From Podarcis filfolensis (taxonomy: Eukaryota): DNA of 64,000 nt. The first letter of the stretch is position 1. Every line of letters begins with the position of its first letter. The notes below the pieces were generated by a model. The model ran no database searches, was not told the origin of the DNA, and worked only from the letters and a program-made list of their open reading frames with translations. The position numbers and the translations under genes were made by a program. The DNA lies in NCBI GenBank assembly GCA_964270895.1, contig OZ185448.1, one strand, 5' to 3'. Below, in pieces: positions 23,429-34,794 of the stretch.

Positions 23429-25450
23429 AGCTAGGGAATCACAGAATCATATAATTGTACAGTTGGAAGGGACCCCAAGAGTCATATGGTCCAACCCCTT
23501 GCATTGCAAGAATCACAGCTAAATAATCCCTCAAAGATGGCAATCCAACCTCTTCCATGCCTCCTTGCCTTTAATAACAATTATTCTATTTGAGGGGTGG
23601 GGGAAGTAACGTAGAGGTCCTAACGCTGGTAATGAGCGAGTCAGATGGTCAGTAGATGCGGATGTGTTGCCGTCTCAAAAAAGAGACACATTCTGTGCTT
23701 CTGAGCCATTCCTTCAGAAAGAACACTGCAGAAGCTAAAACACATTCAGAGCTTGTTAAATTCAGCTTTACGCGTCATGGTTAAAGCATGAGATTTGACT
23801 TTGGCTATAGGGAGGGGTGCTTCAGGCCCAGTGACCAAATGCGGCTCTTCAGGCCTCTCCATCTGGCCCTCAGGATGCTTCCCAGGCCACTCCCCCTTCT
23901 CAAACCAAGGCCTGCTTGGTGCTTTCATCATGTCCTTCATCCCTGACTGGGAAATGTTCTTGGACTGTAATGAAACCTTTTGGATTCCATGGTTGGAGAA
24001 GGGTGAGGGTTGGTGTAGAACCTCAGACCTTTGGGGGGGGGAGCCCTGTCAGCTCCACCCCCTTTGCTTCTGGTTTCTCCTGCCACTGGTATGCAGCCCC
24101 CAAAAGATCGCCCAGAAGGGAATGTGGTCCTCAGCCTGAAAAAGGCTTTGGGGACCACTCTGTCCATCATCTCCCACCCCGGGCACTGCCTGTGGAAAGG
24201 GTTAGTAGTCATATGTTAAAAGGGAGACCATCCACTACAGCCTTTCTTTGGAACAGCTGATACGTGCAGATACCTTACTGCTGCTAAACTGAAAGGAAGG
24301 TTGGTCAATGGTGCAGCCACTGAAACATCAGCAATGTTGAAATGGGGTGCATGTTTTCAAAAGGCCTGGAAGTGGAAATAGTTGTGCGATTGGAGGTTAA
24401 ATGAACTTGCACAAAAAGGGGGGTGCTTCTGCTTAAATCTCAAGATGCCTGTCCGTTTGCCAGCAGGACACCGTCTCCTAGAGGAACCGCTCCCAGGAAT
24501 GTTAGTATTTCACGGATACAATTGTCTTCCTGTGCTTCTCCCGAGTCTCGCTAGAAAGTGTTATTTCCAGCTTCTGGCTACAGCCAATTCAGATCAGTGT
24601 TCCTTATAAATGTCAGGATTTAGAAAGAGGGGGGGCACTTGCTTTTTTCCCCTCCTTCTACCCTACCCTGGCCCCAGGGGGTTGGCAAGGGACAGCATGC
24701 ATTTCTGCACCTGAGTGCACCTAATAATTGTGGTCTTTTGCCACGATTGGTAGGGAAGGGACTTTTCAAAAAGCACGTTTGTTCTGAAAAGTGTTGAAGG
24801 GAAGGGGCTTTTCGGAAAGCGCAGTTGTTCTGAAAAGTGGTAACAAGGCAAAAACAATTTGCAAAGAAAAGGGGGCTTGCTGTGCCTGAGGCTTAAAGGG
24901 TCAGGGCGTTTCAAGCACTAACTACGAACAGATGGAGGGGTGGGAAAAATTTCCCTCCTTTAAAAAATAAAAAGTCCAAGTTTAAAGCCACAGAGAAAAC
25001 TCGCACAATCACGAAATGGTCAGGCAACCACATTTATGAGGATGCCAACATGGAAACCCAGCAGTCTCTGCCAACCTGATGCCCCCTCCTGCCCGAAACC
25101 AAGGGCTGCTGCAAGGAGTGGGCATTATCTAGAACATCTGGAGGGCACCAGGTTGGCAACAGCTGCTGTTAACCCATCACAGTGCAGACCGCAGCATCCA
25201 GTTAAGTGGAAAGGCTCTGGTTAACAAGTTCTGGTTGGGACATTATAAAAAAAAATATTGACATCGCTACAAGAAGAGGCAGAAGAAGCTCAAACAATTA
25301 ATGATATAAAAATGATCCTATAAATAATACATTCTAAATATTGCAGGTTAAGCGATTCAAAAAGGAAAGGAAAATTGCCGCTTGCTTTTCCTGCTTGTTA
25401 CTGTGGCAGTTTCACAGTTGCCTGTTTTTTGTGTTTGAGCCCTGCAGTTT

Positions 25451-25453
<3 letters not shown>

Positions 25454-25481
<28 letters not shown>
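25454..25481. repeat. (TC)14 microsatellite in NHERF2 3' UTR
   Basis: Direct reading. Confidence 0.95.
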
Positions 25482-25485
<4 letters not shown>

Positions 25486-25710
25486 CACTTTTGTACAATA
25501 AAAGAGGCTGGGGGCAGGGGGGGGAAGGAGGGAATGTGCTTTGTACAAAGCAACACAAACCTATGGTAAAAAGCAGAGCCTGGCACGCCTTGGAGCGGTG
25601 CCCGTTGGAGGCACAGCGCGGCCGTCGCCATCCCCGTGCTCATTTGCAAATGTCTCCAGGCCGGGGTGGGGGGAGCTGCAACAGGAGTCGAGAGGAGCTC
25701 CCCGGCTGGC

Positions 25711-25869
25711 TCAGAAGTTGCTGAAGATCTCCCGCTTCTTGTTCCAGTCCATCTGGGGGGCCCTTTTGTTCACCCGCTTGGCCCGCACTTTCTCTTTGGC
25801 CTCCGCTGCCGTGGGACTCAGGTTCAAGCCGCTCTCCTCAAACGGATCCTTCTTCCCAGGCTCTCCCAC
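25711..25869 (-). CDS. NHERF2: NHERF2 last exon coding part (ERM-binding domain, stop)
   Basis: [52 protein letters not shown], the diagnostic NHERF2 C-terminus. Read manually; CTAG acceptor. Confidence 0.96.
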   Translation of the reverse strand: MGEPGKKDPFEESGLNLSPTAAEAKEKVRAKRVNKRAPQMDWNKKREIFSNF

Positions 25870-26189
25870 CTAGCAGGATTTTTTAAAAAAAGAAAGAGAA
25901 AAGAATGGGATTCAAAAGAAGGGAAAGGACTGGAGGGATAGAGGGGTACGGTGGGGGCTCCTGTGCTGCATTTATTGCGGGGGGTGGGTTTCCCCCCACT
26001 TCAACCTGCCATCTCTTTTCAAACTCATTTTGCAGGGTTTGGAGAGGCTACCTTGCAGATGGAGCTGACAGGAGGCAGCAAAAAAACTAAAGAGTCATCG
26101 CAGGATGCAGACTGGGTCTCTTGGGCCTTTGACAGGGCAAAACTCAGCCTCTGCTCTTAGGAGAGGAAGCAGCAACTGAGAAGAACTAT

Positions 26190-26495
26190 AACTCAGGGGC
26201 AGAGTATTTGCTTTGCATGCAGAAGGTCCCTGGTGGCATCTCCAGGCAGGGTTAGGAAAGACCCTTGGTCTGAAACCCTAGAGAGCCGTAGCCAATCAAT
26301 ATAGACAATACTGAGCTAGATGGACCAATGGATGTAGCTGAGTGGCAGGACATCTGCTCTGCATGTAGAAGGCCTTGGGTTCAATCCCCGGTCTCTTTCC
26401 CAGGCAGGGTTGGGAGACCCCGCAAGTCTGTGTGAACAATGCTAAGCTAGACAGACCAATGCCTGACACAATATAAGGCAGCTTCCTATGTTCCT
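26190..26495 (+). mobile_element. Two tandem tRNA-derived SINE copies
   Basis: Two consecutive heads (GCAGAGTATTTGCTTTGCATGCAGAAGGTCC and GTAGCTGAGTGGCAGGACATCTG), each followed by the SINE body. Confidence 0.75.
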
Positions 26496-27874
26496 AATTC
26501 TGATGCCGAAGAGCTGCGCTTACTCTTCATAGCACCCAAGTTCTTGGAACGTCAGCAAGTACCAACCCATCTGGCCCCATGTCAACCCACCACAGACCCA
26601 ACTCTGCAGCCGAAACATCATCATGCATCACCAGCAGAGTGCAGGAGGGATGGGCCTCCAGCTTAATGGAAAGGCATGTGCTTTGTATCCAGAGAAGGTC
26701 TCATGTGCTATGCCTGGCCTGAGAAAGGGATGTCACCTGCTTTACAGTGGTGATTAAACAAACCAGCAGTCAGCAACTGGACACCTTCGGGCAGGATCCG
26801 ACCTCCAACTGCCAACCCAGGGAGCAAGGGGATGTGGATGAGCAGCGTCAGAAAGCAATAGGATGTGGTACCCAACCCCCTGGCGAATTGACATAACCTA
26901 AGCTTAAGGTGCCATTTGGCGCCTAGCTTACATATCTGAGTTTCTAACACTGGCCCCACTCCCCTATCACAGTGGACCTCTGGGACAATTAAGTGCCACT
27001 TAGGGTTCTCCTTCTATGTCTATTCAAAACCACAAGCCCATGGCAGGATCGGGACCCAAGGCGATAAAACCAAGAAAGGCCCTCAGCGGAACCAAGCCGA
27101 TGAAGCCTGTAAGAAAGCAGGACATCAGCCAGCACTGGCAAAAGCTGGATGAAACTAGTGAATAATTCCTCTCCCTCACCACCAACCCGGCATGGAAAGA
27201 ATGCAGAGTTTTTGGACTCCAGTGAACAGTGAGGCCAGTTGCTCCTCTGAAGGAACAGGGATCGGATCCCCCGTAATTCAAGCCTCTCTGTGGTCTTCAC
27301 AAAACTCTCCTCTAATCAAGGCCTGCATATTTCTCTCTTAAAGAAACAGGGCTGCAGTGGTGGCAGAGCATGAGGAAATAAATAAGCTGCATTGCATTCA
27401 AGTATTTCCCTTCGCATTTGAATGCAATTAAGCTTTTTTTTAAAAAAAAAAAAGGATAGGGGTTCGGGAGCAGGAATCTGCTGATTTTTTTTTTTTTTGC
27501 AATAAATAGTTCATATTCCCTCTACATCAACATATTCCTAGTGGCTTCTATTGTTCTCTTCCTTCTTTCATCCGGAGGGGTCCCCGGAAGGAGAAATAAG
27601 AGAAGACAGTTTGACTCTGGCCACCTCTGTGGTGGAACATGGCAGATGTTTAACAGCTGACAAAAAACCCCACAAAAAAACTTGCTTGTTTGGAAGGAGG
27701 GAGCAAGGAAGCTAAATTTTGGAGTGGAAAGCCTTACACGGCAGCAGCAGCAACAGCAACGTCAACAACAACTACATTTCCTATCCACGTTGTTACAGTT
27801 ACTACTAATTTTTTATGACATGCCCATTGCCATAAGGTCCCAGGGCAGGTTATAACAATAGAAAAAGAAGGACT

Positions 27875-28200
27875 TAAGAAGAGCTCTGCTGGATCAGGCT
27901 AATAGCCACTGTGGCTAGTAGTCATTGATAGCCTTCTCCCCCACAAATTTGTCTAATCCACTTTTGAAGCAAGGCTGGTGACCATTGCTGCCTCTTGAGG
28001 GAGTTCCATAGCTTAACTATGCGCTGCATGAAGAAGGAGTTTTATCTGTCCTGATTCTTTCAGCATTCAGCTTCATTGGATGGCTATGGGTTCTAGTGCT
28101 ATGAGAGAGGAAGAGCAGCTTTTCTCTATCCACTTTCTCCATGCCACAGATAATTTTTATAAATCTCCATCACGTCATCCCTTGCTCGCCTTTTCTCTAG
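27875..28200 (-). mobile_element. CR1 3' end fragment
   Basis: AAGAAGAGCTCTGCTGGATCAGGC terminus plus ORF2 end. Further minus-strand copies at about 37930-38095, 58905-59270 and 60885-61030. Confidence 0.75.
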
Positions 28201-28228
28201 ACTTAACGGTCCCCCAAAACAATATTAG

Positions 28229-28582
28229 GTAAAGGTAAAGGGACCCCTGACCATTAGGTCCAGCCATGACTGACTCTGGGGTTGCGGCGCTCATCTCGCT
28301 TTATTGGCCGAGGGAGCTGGCGTACAGCTTCCGGGTCATGTGGCCAGCATGACTAAGCCGCTTCTGGCGAACCAGAGCAGCGCACGGAAACGCCGTTTAC
28401 CTTCCTGCCAGAATGGTACCTATTTATCTACTTGCACTTTGCTGTGCTTTCGAACTGCTAGGTTGGCAGGAGCTGGGACCGAGAAACGGGAGCTCACCCC
28501 GTCGCAGGGATTCAAACCGCCAACCTTCTGATCGGCAAGTCCTAGGCTCTGTGGTTTAACCCACAGCACCACCCGCGTCCCT
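28229..28582 (-). mobile_element. Sauria-type SINE, full length, with TSD
   Basis: Complete head-to-tail element with a 13-bp TSD AAAACAATATTAG (28216-28228, 28583-28595). Confidence 0.93.
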
Positions 28583-28940
28583 AAAACAATATTAGAATCA
28601 GTTAAAATGATCTGCAGTCACAAAAACAGGGTGGGCCCCCAAAAATATACATCTCAGGTGTCAAGAGGCCAGGGTCAAGAAGCTGCACTATGAAGGTTGC
28701 AGGTGCACTTCTGTGGGGAGGGAATTCCACAATTTTGGGGCTGCCACGGGGAATGCCCTCCCCCAGGACACTACCACGCCAAACATCTAAGGGTGGCAGA
28801 ACTACCAAGAGGGGCACCACTCACTGATCCTAAAACCACATGAAGGGTGACAAGCTTGGAAAAGTTGTGCAGGAAGCAGGAGGTAGTCGGTGCAGAAATG
28901 CCCCTGAGATTTACAAGAGGTGGAAGGCCAGAAAGCAGGA

Positions 28941-28992
<52 letters not shown>

Positions 28993-29125
28993 AAATTTAT
29001 TATTTATACCCCGCCCATCTGGCTGAGTTTCCCCAGCCACTCTGGGTGGCTTCCAATCAAGTGTTAAAAACAATACAGCATTAAATATTAAAAACTTCCC
29101 TAAACAGGACTGCCTTCAGATGGAA
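28941..29125 (-). mobile_element. L2 3' tail with (AAT)15 microsatellite
   Basis: (AAT)15 at 28941-28985 followed by CCCGCCCATCTGGCTGAGTTTCCCCAGCCACTCTGGG, the reverse complement of the L2 tail. Confidence 0.8.
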
Positions 29126-29202
29126 AAAGTCCCAGTCCAGATGAGCAGAAGACAAAAGCCTGTTCCATATTAGAAGCAGGAGAAAAGAGAAGATGGGTGG
29201 AT

Positions 29203-29360
29203 CAGTGGCGTAGCGTGGGTTGTCAGCACCCGGGGCAAGGCAAGTAATTTGCGCCCCCTAACCCGTGGATTTGCGCCCCCTAACCCATGGATTTGCCCTA
29301 ACCCCAGATGTTGCGCCCGGTGCGGCCCGCCCCCCCTGCACCCCCCACGCTACGCCACTG
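29203..29360. mobile_element. Young hAT MITE with internal tandem repeats
   Basis: Perfect 17-bp TIR CAGTGGCGTAGCGTGGG. Perfect 8-bp TSD GGGTGGAT (29195-29202, 29361-29368). Confidence 0.93.
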
Positions 29361-29568
29361 GGGTGGATGCCGCAGAGACACTGAGAAGGAGGGAGAGGCA
29401 GAACTTGGCAGAGGCAGGAGGAGGAAGAAGAAAAAGGGGCAGAATCCAGAGGGGGACCCCTGGAAGGATGCAGGTCCAGGGGATTTCCTTGGCAATGCAA
29501 GAAAGAATATATACGAGGTTTCCTGTGCAGTGTTTGGGCAGGTCAAGAAATGGGATCGCTTTGTTTAC

Positions 29569-29631
29569 CTCAGACTCCTTCTCAGGACTTTGGCAATCGC
29601 TGTGGGACGAGGACATGGATCCCCCATTCAG
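29569..29631 (-). CDS. NHERF2: NHERF2 exon 6, 63 nt
   Basis: LNGGSMSSSHSDCQSPEKESE. GACAG acceptor, GTAAAC donor; size and phase as expected. Confidence 0.92.
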
Positions 29632-30740
29632 CTGTCGGGAATGGAAAGAGGGTGTGTGTTTATTACAAGAAAAGTGGAATTGGAGGGGTTAAGAACACGA
29701 TTTGGACAGCTGTAGGACAGTGCCTTGAGGTTTTGTGCCAGCATGGTGAGCGTGATGGTGCCACTTGGGGAAACATGGGCCATAAAGAAGAACAGGAAGG
29801 TGGGTCAACCCATACAATCTCCATTGCAATCTTTCCCCTGCATGGCTCACAATAAAATTTCCAGGCAGAGAACAAGTCACGGAAGTTTTTAAGAAAAGGC
29901 AGCATATTGTGTTGGGTCAGTTTGATAAGGATTTCTCATTATAGGCTGCGGCCCTTCGATCTCATGTGATCCATCTCATTTCCTAGCACTGCAGGAAGAC
30001 AGATCTAAATAAGTTGGGCCAAAGGTTGCTGAAGCCACAGAAACCGGAGGAGAATGAAGGAAGATGGCCAGGGATCTCGTTGATCCGAAATGGACATGTC
30101 CTATGTGTCACATCTTAAATTTGTGACTCAAGGTGAATACCTGGAAGAAAACTAGAATTCCCCAGCCATGTGTCATGCAGGTGTGTTGGACTACAACTCC
30201 CATCAGCCCCAGCCACCATGGGCTAAGGACACGGGCACCATGCTAGCTGGGGCTGATGGGAGTTGTGGTCCAACACAGCTGCACGGCATCAGGCTGAAGA
30301 AAGCTGCACTCAGCTCTGCTGTACATTCTGAACAGGTAACAGGGTAGGGGTGGAAGTTGATTCAGTGTGCATTTCAAGGCAAACCAAACTGGAACTCAAA
30401 ACACAGTCATCTTTCAAAATTTGCAGTCCTCCCAATTTTGCTGAGCAGTTCTCCAGGCAGGGAATGTGTACAAAAATGAATATACTAGAGTCAGGTATGC
30501 ATCAAAATGCTTCTTATTCCAGGAAATTGTTTTGCAAAAGGATGTGTATATTGGGCAAAACTGCATACAATAATGTGTATATCGGGGGGGGGGGGATGCA
30601 CTAAAATGTGGATATTTTCATGATGACTTTTGGGGGGGGGGAATGCCCAATGATATGGAGAACTGAACTTAAGAATGGAAAAATAAGAAACCAAGAGAGA
30701 CAGAAGCAGGCAGATTCACCCATCCATACCCATCACTTAC

Positions 30741-30784
30741 CTGCGTTTGTGCTGACCCATTGGTCATGGGCTGAGGAAGTCCGC
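30741..30784 (-). CDS. NHERF2: NHERF2 exon 5, 44 nt
   Basis: (G)GLPQPMTNGSAQTQ. Long pyrimidine tract plus TTCAG acceptor, GTAAGT donor. Confidence 0.92.
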
Positions 30785-30949
30785 CTGAAGGCAAAGGAGA
30801 AAGAACCCCAGTTGAATACAGTCATGTGGAAACTCAACAAACGTCCTGATAACATGCCAAAAAAACAAAAGAACCACAGAACTATCCCTGTGTCAAACAT
30901 TACTGTCATTTGGTTTCAGAGATTCAAAGTTCTACTAGCACAGACACCT

Positions 30950-31265
30950 TATAATAATAATAATAATTTATTATTTATACCCCACCCATCTGGCTGGGCT
31001 TCCCCAGCCACTCTGGGCGGCTTCCAACAGAACATTAAAATACAATAATCTATTAAACATACCAAAAAGAAAAGAGGCTCCCCATGAAGCCCCACCAAAC
31101 ATTTGCAGGTGAGGGTTGTTCCTATGTATGTCCTTCTGAGGGCCAAACCAGCTGTGACTTTGATTGCATGAATGCTGCACTTCGGAGCTTCCGCCTATTG
31201 ACATCAGGCGGGCGCCTTCACTGTATTCTTTCTGGCACCTGCTTAAAACATTTTTGTTTAGGCAC
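30950..31265 (-). mobile_element. L2 3' region fragments
   Basis: L2 tail with (AAT)n and a degenerate ORF2 end. A similar plus-strand fragment lies at about 31850-32050. Confidence 0.7.
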
Positions 31266-34068
31266 AGTGCTTTGCAGGCACCATGGCTCAGCTGTCTGCC
31301 AGGTCTTGCAAAACCCTGTGCCTTTGCAAGTGCCAGGGACCATGGCAACGCTTGTCAAGGCAACTCCACTTTTAGCAGAGAGTTGCATTTTTGCCATATG
31401 ACATCAGGTATAGAGGCACCCGTAAGATGGAGGTTCCCCACCACTGCTCTAGTGGGCTCAGGGGGACATCCTTATAAAGTCCCTTTAATTTCCCCCACAA
31501 AATTAAGTGAAGGAAGGCAACTTCATAATCTTTCTGCAGAAAATGGAGCATTTTCATAATGTATTGACAGGAAAATATAAAACTATGCACACACTTAAGA
31601 ACGTTGTAGATCATTAAAGTAGATACGTTAACTCTGTTTAGACAGATAGTATTGCATTTGCTATGCCTATTATCCTTTTTTATGCATATGCATTGCTAAC
31701 ATTTATTTTCTTTTCTTATTGTTATTATGTTTTCACTGACTTGTATCTTGACCGATAATAATAATAAAACATCCTATCAGGTATTCTTTTAGATATATTT
31801 CAGGAATATCTTCAGGCATAAATGTTATTTTATCAGGTCAGATCTTTGGAACTGGCACTTTTACAGGTGCTGCATAATACCCATTCAACATCTGGAAGAA
31901 ACCTTTTAGTGCGGCAGCTTCTACACTTTGGAACTCCCTGCTTATTGATTATCAGGCAGGCACCTTCACTGTACTCTTTTCAGTGCCCACTAAAAACATT
32001 TTTGTTTAGACAAGCCTACCCATATAGTGTATTGTTATTTTAAATTTTTGAAAGTCTTAAATTGTTAATATTCTCATTGATAATGCTACTGTTTTATCTC
32101 CCTTGTAAAACACTTTGAACGTTAGCAGATATTTATCTCTCTATATGTATATATATAGAGAGAGAAATATAGATAAATACTGCATGCAGGCCCTGCTTGA
32201 GAATAGGATGCTGGACTAAATGGGCCACTGGCCAGATTCAGCAAGGCTGCTTTTATGCTCTTGGATAAATTAGGACCAAAGTCACCACATGAGCTCTGAC
32301 GATGAGTAGGAATCCGAACCCAGGTCCACTGTGGTCCAACACTCTACATGCTGTGTGGGCTCTTCCTGTCCCAGATTTAGCCCATAAAGTTATTCTACAA
32401 CATCAGGAGCAAATGGAGGAACCAGACCATCTGTAAGAGTCAACATGCAGCAACGATTTCATAAACAGAAGCATCCCTACTGATATCCTGTGGATGTGGG
32501 CTCTAAAGGCCTCGTCACTCCTGCAAGACTTCCCCCTCTTTCTCTCCTTTGCCTGTAACTCAGCAGCAGCTGGTCTGGCCCTCCTCCTCCTCCTCCTCAG
32601 CTATCGCTTGAAAACAGGCCTCAGCACTCCAAGAGACAACCCGAAACCCTTCATACTTTCTGGGACTGGGTGACCATACTAGCTGCATCTCCTCAAGAGG
32701 AGAACAGGGGCTTTATTATCCACCATGCCAAGAAAGAAAAAGAGTTTCTCCCTGACCCTATCTCTTATTTTGCTCCTGCTCTCAGCATCTGACACCATTT
32801 CTCTACATCCACCGCCCGCCCCCCTCCAGTTCTGAATTGTTCCAAGTCGTTCTTTTGGATTCCTCTCTCCACTGAAGGCCAGGAAAAGACAATCCAGCAC
32901 TGGAGGCAGAACTCAGCATAGTTAGATAAGAAACAGCTGTGTTAAAAACACACAGAGCTCTCCATTCAACCCAGCCAAGGAAGGAGGATTGGGGGTTGCA
33001 AGGAGAGCAGGGATATGGATGCTTGGTGGAACCCAGTGGTCTCCTCCCCCCCCCCAACTCTGGCTAAGCAACAGCTTACAAAACCCAAAAACTGCAAGGC
33101 CAGTAGAGGGGGTATCCACTGCTAGGGTTTTTTTTTAAAACGGCTGTTTTGCAAAATGTTGCTCTCTACTTGGATCCAGGCCAGTGGCTGGTGCTTCATT
33201 TGTGAAAGTGTCTGGAGCTGAAACCTGGCAGAGCTCTTCTCCCCTTCATCCCCAGTGCATGGAACCTGGTTGCAGTTTCTGTGATGAAGGGGGAAACTCT
33301 GCACATGCCCAGAGCAACTCTCTTCCTTGGCAAGATTGGAGGAATGTTCAGAGTGACTGTAGAAACTTCAAGCAGAGAAAGATGATTCCAAGATGTTTTG
33401 TTGTTACTGCAGACAAGGAACATGCTTTGACACTAACTAAAGAGCAGGCTTTCCAAACTGGGTGCCTTCCAGATGTTTCAGACTACACCTCCCATCAGGC
33501 TCAGCCATCACAACTGCTGTGGAGCATCAAGCTAGGGGGAGACTGCAGGTTTAAATCCCCACTCGGCCATCTTGCTCACATCTTGCTTGGGCCAGTCATT
33601 CCTTGCAGGGTTGTTGTGAAGATGAAATTGCGGCGGAGAAGAGAACCTATGTATCCCAGATCCGCACTATACATTTAAAGCAGTTAACCTGCCACTTTAC
33701 ACAGTCATGGCTTCCCCGGAAGAATTCTGGAAACTACAGATTGTTTTGTATCTCACCGCATTATACTTCCAGTCGTGTGGTGAGATTGGTTACAGTACAA
33801 AATCATATGAGCAAAAAAAATTATATAATGTGTGGTGGGTGTCAGCTTTTCTCCTGCTACTGGGTACATAATAAAGGGGTACCACTCTACTGAAAAGTGT
33901 CATTTGTTTTCATTCCCTTTGCTGTATTTTTTATTGGTTAGGTTCTCTGGTAATGCTAGCTCTGGGAGGGGAGCAGAGGTCTCCTAGCAAATTTCAACAC
34001 CCCTAACAAACTACAGTTCCTGGGGGCGGGGGAGGAGCTGTGGCTGTTTAAATAATAAATAATAACAA

Positions 34069-34505
34069 TAAATTTTATTTATATCCCGCCCTCCCCAGCC
34101 AAAGCCGGGCTCAGGGCTGCTAACAACAATAAAATAATACACCATTCTAAAATCTAAAAATCACCATTCATTATAAAATTAATTCAAATCAAATAGATGG
34201 CAACCACTGGGCTAGAGTTCTGGCCAAAGGAGGGAGTCAGGCTGTGCCCTGGCCAAAGGCCTGGTGGAACAGCTCTGTCTTGTAGGCCCTGCGGAAAGAT
34301 GTCAAGTCTCGCAGGGCCCTAGTCTCTTGTGACAGAGCGTTCCACCAGATTGGAGCCACAGCCGAAAAAGCCCTGGCTCTAGTTGAGGCCAGCCTAACCT
34401 CTCTGTGGCCTGGGACCTTCAAGATGTTTTTGTTTGAAGACCGTAAGTTCCTCTGTGGGACATACCAGGAGAGGCGGTCCCGTAGGTACGAGGGTCCTAG
34501 ACCGA
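34069..34505 (-). mobile_element. L2 3' fragment (second subfamily)
   Basis: ORF 34237-34422 (RARAFSAVAPIWWNALSQETRALRDLTSFRRAYKTELF) is an L2 ORF2 terminus; tail CCCGCCCTCCCCAGCC...GGGCTCAG. Confidence 0.85.
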
Positions 34506-34640
34506 GTAAAGTAGTGTTATTAAAGTAGTATTATTGTGCTTTAAACGTATAGTGCAGATGGGGCCTATACAGGGACATCTATCTCCCTTGCAAAATCTCT
34601 GCCCCCTCTGCGAAAGCTGGTTCTAGGAGAAATGCTTTAC

Positions 34641-34794
34641 CTCCGATGTGCTCCTCTGTAGGGGTGATGCCCAGTTTCTTGAAATACTCATCTGTTTCGG
34701 GGTCCACAACTAGCAGTGTGGCTTCATGCTCCTTGGACTTGATATGTGACACTACCTCGGAATGCTTCAGGCCCTCGACGTTGATCCCGTTGAC
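34641..34794 (-). CDS. NHERF2: NHERF2 exon 4, 154 nt (PDZ2 C-half)
   Basis: [56 protein letters not shown] acceptor, GTAAAG donor. Confidence 0.97.

Noticed and set aside
28771-29073. Poly-Tyr/Ile/Asn/Asp/Leu/Ser ORFs (also 45701, 45719, 49090, 49301, 56364, 56473)
   Set aside because: Produced by (AAT)n, (ATC)n and (AGT)n microsatellites.
29249-29715. Overlapping 135-147 aa ORFs on the plus strand
   Set aside because: Explained by the GC-rich hAT MITE and the antisense of NHERF2 exon 6.
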